A program made the position numbers and the translations under genes. This document shows positions 43,045 to 50,622 of a stretch of 60,282 bases of DNA, one piece after another (the first letter of the stretch is position 1; each line of letters starts with the position of its first letter). Source of the DNA: an uncultured Gemmatimonadota bacterium (GTDB lineage: Bacteria > GCA-2686955); the NCBI GenBank assembly GCA_964490075.1, contig CAZBBK010000035.1, forward strand, positions 1-60,282. Direction: 5' to 3'. The notes under the pieces are model-generated. The model searched no databases. It worked only from the letters and a program-made list of their open reading frames with translations, and was not told where the DNA came from.

Positions 43045-43604
43045 CGGCGTTTTCGCCCTTCGCTTCGACGGATCAGGCCCGCGACAGCCGGCAGCAGCTC
43101 GTGCTCGATCAAGTCGGCGACGGCATCGGCCTTCTCGTCTTCGGAGAGCAGAGCGAGCGCGACCGCCCGGGCTGCTTCTTCGCGAGCGTCGCGGTAGGCG
43201 TCTACTTTCTGTCCATCGAGGAAACGGTGGCAGCCTCGGCTGACCGACACCAGGGAGCTCTCGAGAGCCGACGTCGAGCAGTGATCGGCGCCGAGCGCGT
43301 CCCTGCACGCTCTGTATGCCTCGCGCCCCTTCTGAAAGGCGGCCATCTCGCGAACGCTGTAACGGCGCTTGCCGGTCTCGAGACGGGGGCCGAGCGCCGT
43401 CTCGACGACATCGGCAAGCTCGTTGCGCTTGCGCTCGAGTGCGCGGCGCTGGGCCGCCGTGAGCGGTAGATCGTCGCGCTCGATGATCCAACGGCCGCCC
43501 TCCTTCTTGGCGGCCAGTCGCCGCGTGCGGATCAGGTAGCGCACCTGGCGGGGGCTTTTGCCGAGCAGTTGCGCGGCCTGGGCGAGGGAGAGCTGCATGG
43601 GCAT
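43041..43604 (-). CDS. Excisionase-like HTH (HTH_17) fused to a helical-bundle domain
   Basis: LSLAQAAQLLGKSPRQVRYLIRTRRLAAKKEGGRWII followed by YSVREMAAFQKG and a helical region. Confidence 0.75.
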   Translation of the reverse strand: MPMQLSLAQAAQLLGKSPRQVRYLIRTRRLAAKKEGGRWIIERDDLPLTAAQRRALERKRNELADVVETALGPRLETGKRRYSVREMAAFQKGREAYRACRDALGADHCSTSALESSLVSVSRGCHRFLDGQKVDAYRDAREEAARAVALALLSEDEKADAVADLIEHELLPAVAGLIRRSEGRKRR

Positions 43605-43823
43605 ATCGATCGGTGTCAACGGAGTGACGGAAGATGGCGGTGTGTCATCGGTGAGTGTCAAAATGCGGCGTTGTGGTTGCAGGACGTGGTCGCGAGTGGC
43701 CAAATGTGTCGTTTTTGCTGCCGATCGTCAAGGCTCTAGCAGGATAGTGCCAAATATGGTCTTCGTGATCGATCGATTGTCAAGAGGGGAACAAGAGAAG
43801 ACCAAAGGACAACAGCCAAGACG

Positions 43824-46800
43824 TCAAGAAGACACGTGCTGGCGGGGAACACGGCACACGACGCGGAAGCCGATGTCGCCGCTCCGGCGCCCGGGATCGC
43901 CCCCGTACCGGCCGGCGCAGCGCAGGGCCCTGGGAACGCTGACCCAGGAGCCCCCGCGAAGCACGCGGGCAGCGCCCGGCGGTCCGGCGTGGGAGCACTC
44001 GTCGGCATCCTGCCAAGATCGGTCTTCTAGTTCGCGCCACGCGTCATCGCACCATTCCCAGACGTTGCCAGCGAGGTCCACCAGGCGTCCACGCCTACCG
44101 CCGGGAAAAGCCCCGACGGGCGTGACGTGGCCGATCTCTTCGCTGTGGTTCGCCTGGGCCCGATCTCCTTGCTCCGGCTCCTCATTCCCCCACGGAAAGA
44201 GCGATCCCTCGGCCCCCCGCGCCGCGAACTCCCATTCGGTTTCAGAGGGCAGATCGATCTGCCACCCATCCGGCATGCCCCAGATCCTCTTCGCGCTCGC
44301 CCAGCGGCAGAATGCCTTGGCCTCCCACCACGAGACGCCCCAGACCGGCCGCGAGGGGTTGAGCTTCTGCTTCGTCCAATCGCGCGGCTCCGTCCACTCG
44401 CGGGTCTTCTGGATCTCCGGCGTGGCGTCGCCCCACCATTCGTCGCACGAGTAGCCACCCCCATCCACGAAGGGCGCGAAGTCCATCACCGTCACCGGAC
44501 GCCACAGCATTCGGAAGGGCGGCAGCCTCACCCGATGCGCGGGAGCACTCCGGAACGCGTCCGAGTCCCCACCCATCATGAACTCCCCCTCGAGCTCCAC
44601 CCAGGGATCTTCGTCGAAGCGGGGGTCCCCGAGCCGCCCCAAGGCGTCGAGCGCGCGAATGCGGTCCGACACTGACCAATCGCGACCGGTGGCGCGGAAC
44701 TCGGCCAGAAGCTCCGCGGGGAAACGATCGAGCAGCTCGTGGTTCTCGAAGTGCTGGCGGTACTCGGCGAGGCCGGTTGCGATCAGGGTCGGCAGGCGAC
44801 CGGGCGTTGGGTGGCGCTGCACGTCACCGATGCCGAGCGCGTGCTCGCGCAGTCGGGAAAGATAGGCCTGAGCTTTCGCCTGTGAGCCGTACACACCGAC
44901 CAGAAAGCCCAGCACGCGGTCCCATGCGGGATCGTCGACGTACGCTTGCTGCCCGCCTCTTGGTGACACGACGAGACGATCGGTCTCGTTGCTCACCGAA
45001 TCGGCGCTCTGACGGAGCACGCTGGCGGCCAGGTACTCCTGGAAGCTGCGGTGCCACGGCATCAGTACCGGATAGGAGTGCTCCTCTTTGTTCCGCTTCT
45101 CGAAACGGATGAGCCCGGTGTCGTCGGCGAGCTGATCAAGCAGAATCCCTGCCTCGGTGTGATCGGCGGCATGTTTCTTTTCGACGAGCAGCTCGCGCGC
45201 ATCGTGCACCGGCCACTCGGTCCCTCCCGCCGTCTGCGCGCTTGCGAACACCTGCTCGAGAATCTCACGCTTCTTGCTCGCGGGAAGGCCCTCGCGGGGT
45301 TTCGCCGCGCAGAGGATCTCGACGATCTGACCGTAGAGCTCGGCCAGCGAGTCGGGCAGCCGCTCCCCTTCGTTGAAGTAGACGAGCAGCGAGGCGACCA
45401 AGAGCAGAGGATTCTCCCAGATGATCAGTCCGGCTGCTTTCTCTCTGAGAGACGACACGGCGGTGAGGAACCGCGACTCTCGCTCGGTGCCGATGCCGTT
45501 GGCGATACACCAACGGCGGGTCAACGCGGCGGCCGCTTCCTGATCCAGGCGGGCGATGTCGAGCCGGCGCAAGCTCCCACCGAAACCGACCGAGCCGGTC
45601 TGCGCGGTCGGGCGGGTCGTCAGAATCAAGCGGGCCGCTGTGTCACCATCCACCGCTCCGCTCTCCGCCGCCCCGCGGAGGATCTGGACGACCTGGCCAC
45701 GGCGCTGCTCGTCGGGCACCTCGTCGAGAGCATCGACCAGCAGCAAGTAACGGCCGTTGCGCACCCCTTCGCTCAAGTCGGCTTCGTCGAAGCTCTCTCC
45801 CGTGGCCTCACGGATCTCCTTCTCGATCGCGTGGACCAGTGTGTCCATGCCGGGATCGCGGGCCCCGTTCATCTCGTCGCTGATCGCTCTGGCGCGGATC
45901 AGAATCGGGATCGGTAGCGATGAGTTGCCCGCGAAGGCATCGAGGTCGAGCTGGTGCTCGGGCGGGCTCTCGGCCCGGCGGGCGCGCGCCAGCACGTAGG
46001 CCACGTGCTGCAAGAGAACGGATTTGCCCGATCCCGCTTCGCCGACGATCACCAGCCGGCGGGCTCGGGCGTGCGAAAGCACCTGCTCCAGATAGGGCGC
46101 ACCGCGCTTCTCCGCCGCGCCCTCCTCTTTGCCGCCGCGCCGAGCCATCTCTTCGAGCGCGGCCTCTTTCGGCGCGGACTCGCCTTCGGCGGGATCACGC
46201 ACCACCAACCCACCCTTCTCGTCGAGCCAGCACCAGGCCGAATCGGCGCGCAGAGAGATGTACTGCTTGTCGCGCTGCAGGGACTTGTCGCCGGCGCGCG
46301 CCGCTAGGGGAGTGTCGGCCGGGCCGGTCGCCCAGAGGGCGATTCGTGCGCCGAGGTATTTGTCCTCCCACTCGTGCAGCGCGGTCGATTCTGGGAGGAC
46401 GACTCCCGGCGGCGGAGCGTCGCCGCTCACCCGACGAATCGCGCAAGACAGGGGCTCCTCGCGAGTGCTCTCACCGCAGACCAGCTCGCCGTCGGCTCCG
46501 TACTTCGCCTCTCGGGGGGAGCTTTCCAAGGTCAGAGCTCCGTCGGCGTCCCTCGATATCCGGCCCCACGAATAGCCGAACTCGCGCCGCTCATTGCTCG
46601 TAGCGTACCGCTCGAGACCACAAAGCGACGTGCCCTGAAGGTAGCGACGCTCCCGGCCCGAGGGGGCGACGATACGCTGAGTCCGCGTCTTGTGCCGATG
46701 GCCGAAGAGGCAGGCGACGAAGCGGCTCGGCGGGTAGATGTCGCTCTCGAAGAGATTCTCGTGCCGGTCGGTGAGCCACCGCGGCGGATGGTGCATGAGT

Positions 46801-47540
46801 AGGATCGCGGCATCGTGCTCTCCGGCCCAATCGCTGAGAACGATGTCGCCGAATTGCTCCGATTCGACCGCCAGAAGACGATCGTAGCCACGTCCACCAG
46901 GACTGTTCTCATCGTCGGTGAGCTGAAGCCAGGTGGAGTTGAGTCCGCAGACTCCGAGCTTGAAGCCGGCGGGGGCATCGATCGATGCGACAAAGTCGCC
47001 GGGCAGGCGTCCCAGCTCGAAGTCGAGCTCTCGGTTGTCCCAGTCGCGCTTGATCTGTTCCCACCATTGCGCGTACGCCTCGAACGCACGCTCGAGCGGT
47101 TCGAGATAGTCGATCTCGGCGCCAATGAAGCCCTGCCGCACGTCGTCATCGCCGTGATAGTCCCGAAAGGTCTTCACGGCCATCGACTTCGGCCGGGGCC
47201 GCTCGAGATCGTGATTCCCGGGCACCGGAACCACCACCGGATCGCCCCCAACCGCCTCCTTCACCTCTTCCAAGGTCTCGTCGACCAGCCTGTACTCCGC
47301 TTCGATCCCCTTGAACGCCAGATCCCCGGTGAAGACGATCAGGTCTGGCGGGCCGTGCTCCTCCGCCTGCGCCTTCATATCCGCGAGCAGCGTCGCTTTC
47401 GCGTTCCGCCACCGCGCCTCACCCCCCGGCGCCCCCCGGTGCAGATCGGAAAGATGGAGCCAACGGATCTCGCGCGCCTTGGTCCGGCCCCGTTTCCTCG
47501 GTCGGTTCTTCCGCTTGGGTCGATGGCTTCTTTTAGTCAT
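43824..47540 (-). CDS. DGR target 2: calcineurin-like metallophosphoesterase + NACHT NTPase + FGE-sulfatase (CLec) domain with VR2
   Basis: HLSDLH, TGDLA, VPGNHD, MHHP, FGHRH; Walker A GEAGSGKS; Walker B LVDALDEV; NPLLL; HRSFQEYLAA; LPSETEWEFAARG, GNVWEWC, RGGSW. Confidence 0.95.
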   Translation of the reverse strand: MTKRSHRPKRKNRPRKRGRTKAREIRWLHLSDLHRGAPGGEARWRNAKATLLADMKAQAEEHGPPDLIVFTGDLAFKGIEAEYRLVDETLEEVKEAVGGDPVVVPVPGNHDLERPRPKSMAVKTFRDYHGDDDVRQGFIGAEIDYLEPLERAFEAYAQWWEQIKRDWDNRELDFELGRLPGDFVASIDAPAGFKLGVCGLNSTWLQLTDDENSPGGRGYDRLLAVESEQFGDIVLSDWAGEHDAAILLMHHPPRWLTDRHENLFESDIYPPSRFVACLFGHRHKTRTQRIVAPSGRERRYLQGTSLCGLERYATSNERREFGYSWGRISRDADGALTLESSPREAKYGADGELVCGESTREEPLSCAIRRVSGDAPPPGVVLPESTALHEWEDKYLGARIALWATGPADTPLAARAGDKSLQRDKQYISLRADSAWCWLDEKGGLVVRDPAEGESAPKEAALEEMARRGGKEEGAAEKRGAPYLEQVLSHARARRLVIVGEAGSGKSVLLQHVAYVLARARRAESPPEHQLDLDAFAGNSSLPIPILIRARAISDEMNGARDPGMDTLVHAIEKEIREATGESFDEADLSEGVRNGRYLLLVDALDEVPDEQRRGQVVQILRGAAESGAVDGDTAARLILTTRPTAQTGSVGFGGSLRRLDIARLDQEAAAALTRRWCIANGIGTERESRFLTAVSSLREKAAGLIIWENPLLLVASLLVYFNEGERLPDSLAELYGQIVEILCAAKPREGLPASKKREILEQVFASAQTAGGTEWPVHDARELLVEKKHAADHTEAGILLDQLADDTGLIRFEKRNKEEHSYPVLMPWHRSFQEYLAASVLRQSADSVSNETDRLVVSPRGGQQAYVDDPAWDRVLGFLVGVYGSQAKAQAYLSRLREHALGIGDVQRHPTPGRLPTLIATGLAEYRQHFENHELLDRFPAELLAEFRATGRDWSVSDRIRALDALGRLGDPRFDEDPWVELEGEFMMGGDSDAFRSAPAHRVRLPPFRMLWRPVTVMDFAPFVDGGGYSCDEWWGDATPEIQKTREWTEPRDWTKQKLNPSRPVWGVSWWEAKAFCRWASAKRIWGMPDGWQIDLPSETEWEFAARGAEGSLFPWGNEEPEQGDRAQANHSEEIGHVTPVGAFPGGRRGRLVDLAGNVWEWCDDAWRELEDRSWQDADECSHAGPPGAARVLRGGSWVSVPRALRCAGRYGGDPGRRSGDIGFRVVCRVPRQHVSS
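43835..43976 (-). repeat. DGR variable repeat VR2
   Basis: 142-bp ungapped direct match to TR (offset 1290 bp); 17 mismatches, all at TR adenines. Confidence 0.97.
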
Positions 47541-47543
47541 GGA

Positions 47544-47780
47544 TCACCGAAGAAAAACAAATTCGCGCTCTCTTCCCTCAGAATCGCGCACGATCAACAT
47601 GTTGTCGTTGTTGACGACCACTTCCCACAGCTTCTCATATACGGCGAGAGAGTGCCTGATGACTTCGGACAGACTATCGGCGTCCGTCGTGATCTGAAGC
47701 GCATCGAGACGCTCTCTCACCGCGGGGGAGAGCTCTAGATTGAGTCGCACTTTCTTGACCTTGCGATTCGGTCTACTCAT
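47544..47780 (-). CDS. Ribbon-helix-helix (CopG-like) regulator
   Basis: VRLNLELSPAVRERLDALQ..SLSEVIRHSLAVY; stops 3 bp before the target 2 ATG. Confidence 0.75.
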   Translation of the reverse strand: MSRPNRKVKKVRLNLELSPAVRERLDALQITTDADSLSEVIRHSLAVYEKLWEVVVNNDNMLIVRDSEGREREFVFLR

Positions 47781-47850
47781 GGCCTACGCCTTCGGGCTGG
47801 CCCCTGGTCACAGGGTCTTGGTGGGACTCTCGGTGTCACGAGCATTTGCC

Positions 47851-48114
47851 TCAAGGGGGTCTCCCGAGGATCTTGGCGCCGGCGAGGAGAACGCCGATTG
47901 CGCCGACGCATCCCGTTGCCAGAAGCTGCATCTCCGGGTCATTCCCCCAAAGCGCGCAACCGAAGAGAGCGATGATCGCGAGATCCATGCCGTGTTTCTC
48001 GAGCACGGCTTCGATGATCCTCGCAACCCTCGGCCGCTCGTGAATGTCGCGCCAGGCGTCATGGTCCGGGAGGACTTCTCCAGCGGCTCTCGTTTCATCC
48101 AGTGTCCGCGCCAT
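47851..48114 (-). CDS. Small membrane hypothetical protein
   Basis: GAAGGAG upstream of ATG 48114; two hydrophobic segments. Confidence 0.4.
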   Translation of the reverse strand: MARTLDETRAAGEVLPDHDAWRDIHERPRVARIIEAVLEKHGMDLAIIALFGCALWGNDPEMQLLATGCVGAIGVLLAGAKILGRPP

Positions 48115-48272
48115 CGGTTCTCCTTCGATCCCTCGAAGAAGAACGTGGCGCGGGCGCAATCAAGGGAACGACGAGCATGATGCCGTTCCTCTCTTGCGCC
48201 CCACGTTCAATGGACGTCCGGCGCTTCCTTCTGCCCATTCCAGAGGGTCCGATTCGCAGGGGCGGTGGTGCT

Positions 48273-48382
48273 GTGGGTTCCGGCGGGCTCCCAAAGGCTC
48301 TGGTGAAGAGGTGGAGGGGGTGCGATGAGCTCGATCTCGGACTTGGCGAAGGACGAAAACCCGGTTTGAATGGCCTATCCGC
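48273..48382 (+). repeat. 110-bp direct repeat copy 1, IS91/ISCR oriIS-like end
   Basis: 108/110 identical to 59647-59756; ends ..GTTTGAATGGCCTATCCGC. Confidence 0.85.
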
Positions 48383-48438
48383 ACGAGGAACTCACCGCCC
48401 AGCTGCTCGCCAAGACCTCTTGGACTTTCCGTTCGCGG

Positions 48439-50622
48439 TTACGACGCGCCTTGCAGGAAGCCCCTCAGCAACTCCCGGCCGACGCCAGGATAGAACCCGG
48501 GGTCCTGAACCAGGGCGTTGCCGATGGCGCAGCCCCAGTTGCAGTGGCACTTGTCGGTCCCGAGGTGCTTCTCCGCGAATGACGACATCGCTTCGCCCGC
48601 GAGCACCTGCCTCAGGTCATAGCCCTGCTCCCGCAGGTTGCCGACCGATTCCTGCAGAGGCTCACAGGGGAGCACCTCCCCGTAGGGACCGATCACCGCG
48701 ATCTTCTGGCCCGCGCCACAGATGCTCCCCAGGTCTCCACCCTTTTGGATCATCTCGAGTTTGCCGTCCATGGCGCGCTTGATGGCATTGAATAGCCGGT
48801 ACCGGACCCCCCTGTAGCCCCTCTGGTCGGTCAGCCGGTAGATTTCGCGGGCGAGAGCGAGATAGCGTTCCGGGTCGACCGCCATGTTCTTGTCCTTGAA
48901 GTTGCCGTGCAGGGGGTTGAGGCTGACCCGGTCGCATTCCACGTCGCGGACCAGGTGCTCGAGGAAACCCTCCAGTTGGTCGACGTTCTCCGACGAACAG
49001 GTCACGACGAACTTGATGCTCAGATTGTCCCGCCGCCTCGCGAGAGGCAGCACGGCCTGGTGGGTCTCCATCACACGTGCGTAGGTGGCCCGGGAACCGC
49101 GTATCCCGTCGTGCACCTCTGGTGGTCCGTCGAGCGACAGATGAAGGTCGAAGTTGGTCGAGGGATTGCGCCTGGAGAGGACCTCGAAGGTGCGCTCGAC
49201 GCGGTCCGGGAAGGAGCCGTTCGTGGGGATGGAAACATAGACGGGATCGCCCCCGTCGATGAACGCCTGGACCAGATCGCCAACGTCGTCCCTCAGGAAA
49301 GGTTCGCCGCCCGAAAGGGAGAGATAGGTAATGGGAGGGATCGACGCGGCGATCCGCCGGACCTCCTCCGACGAAAGCTCGCCGGACTGTCTTGCGTCGT
49401 TGATCTCGTCGAGATAGAAGCACATCGGGCATCGTGCATTGCATCGAGCCGTGACGAAGTAGATGAGCCACTGCGGGAACCGGCGGGGCCAAAGTCGGAT
49501 GGGCACGATCTGACGCAGCACGGCCCAACGGGGCTGGACGATCTCCTTCCCCACGAAGGTGCCACCACGGTCCCGGTAGCGGAAGCGTCTGTATCTGTGG
49601 GCGGTCGGTTTCCCCAGACGGTAAAAGGGCCCCAGGATCAGCCCGCTCCAGAAGCCGAGCATCGTGGCCCCCACGCACAATGCAAGGCAGATACCGGAGA
49701 CGAGCACGGGTCCCGGCCGTTTCGACGGCGAGACCGAATAGCCGCCCCACGAGACGAGGGCCACCAGGCCCGCCAGGGTCATCCCGGACAGGGTGCCGAT
49801 GAGCACGAGGCGCGTTCCTTCGGAGGTGATCAACCCGAGCAGACAGGCGACCAGGAGGATGACCAGAAGGCCTGCTGCCGCTACCACCCCTACTTGGCGC
49901 AGATAGAGCTCCGGGAACTGCCATGTGGAGAGGCCGCCGTACCATCTCTGGCGAAAATACTGGTGCATGAGCGGCCACAGCAGCGGCCGCTTGTAGTGGG
50001 CCGCCCGAACTTCCGGGTCGTTCCAGAGCTCGAAGCCGATCCGCCAGGCGACATAGAAGAACTCCGCGTCATCCACCCAGTAGTAGGCAACCTCGTTGAA
50101 GCCGCCGACGCTCTCCCATACGCGGCGTTTCATCGCCACGTTGCAGAGGGAAACTTCATAGAAGGGAACTCGCTCCCTGGTCGGGTTGGCGAGGGTCTTC
50201 TTCATGCTGAACAAAGGAGAGCAGACTATCCCGTTGGCAGCCGTTTGCCTGAAATCTTCGGAATAGGGGAGGTCGCTGGGTCCCGTGACGACATCGGCTC
50301 CATCATCGAGCGCATGAAGCACTCGATCGACCCAGTGCGGCTCGAGGCGAACGTCGTCGTCGACGAAGGCGAGGTACTCCGTGGACCCGGCCGCTCCGAC
50401 CCCCACGTTCCTCTTGGCGCTCGGGTGCGGGCTCGTAGAGACCTGGGTCTTGACCGCGATCAGAGACGAGGCGTACCGGACCGGGCTGTCTGTAACCAGA
50501 ATGAGCTCGCAGAGCCCGGGAGCGGTCTGCCCTTCGAGGCTCCGGATCAAGGGACCGATGAACTCCGGGCCCCGGCTGACCGGCACGATGATGCTCAGGC
50601 GGGGCACGCTGGACGGAGTCAT
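48439..50622 (-). CDS. Fusion protein: GT2 glycosyltransferase + TM region + radical SAM/SPASM-like domain
   Basis: LSIIVPV, AFVDDDV, VGGFNE, then VTARCNARCPMC, SGGEPFLR, CGAG..PCE..CHCNWGC; ATGA overlap with the upstream gene. Confidence 0.85.
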   Translation of the reverse strand: MTPSSVPRLSIIVPVSRGPEFIGPLIRSLEGQTAPGLCELILVTDSPVRYASSLIAVKTQVSTSPHPSAKRNVGVGAAGSTEYLAFVDDDVRLEPHWVDRVLHALDDGADVVTGPSDLPYSEDFRQTAANGIVCSPLFSMKKTLANPTRERVPFYEVSLCNVAMKRRVWESVGGFNEVAYYWVDDAEFFYVAWRIGFELWNDPEVRAAHYKRPLLWPLMHQYFRQRWYGGLSTWQFPELYLRQVGVVAAAGLLVILLVACLLGLITSEGTRLVLIGTLSGMTLAGLVALVSWGGYSVSPSKRPGPVLVSGICLALCVGATMLGFWSGLILGPFYRLGKPTAHRYRRFRYRDRGGTFVGKEIVQPRWAVLRQIVPIRLWPRRFPQWLIYFVTARCNARCPMCFYLDEINDARQSGELSSEEVRRIAASIPPITYLSLSGGEPFLRDDVGDLVQAFIDGGDPVYVSIPTNGSFPDRVERTFEVLSRRNPSTNFDLHLSLDGPPEVHDGIRGSRATYARVMETHQAVLPLARRRDNLSIKFVVTCSSENVDQLEGFLEHLVRDVECDRVSLNPLHGNFKDKNMAVDPERYLALAREIYRLTDQRGYRGVRYRLFNAIKRAMDGKLEMIQKGGDLGSICGAGQKIAVIGPYGEVLPCEPLQESVGNLREQGYDLRQVLAGEAMSSFAEKHLGTDKCHCNWGCAIGNALVQDPGFYPGVGRELLRGFLQGAS

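Larger units (their letters stand above)
37431..47780. mobile_element. Diversity-generating retroelement locus with two NACHT-FGE/CLec target genes
   Basis: DGR-type RT, Avd, TR and two VRs with adenine-specific mismatches; the outer boundaries are approximate. Confidence 0.95.

Noticed and set aside
43737-43753. Sigma54-like TTGGCACTATCCTGCT upstream of HTH-avd
   Set aside because: The GG-to-GC spacing is 9 nt rather than the required 10.
48273-48382. The 110-bp repeat as a third DGR VR or a CRISPR repeat
   Set aside because: No similarity to TR; only two copies, 11 kb apart, with no spacers.
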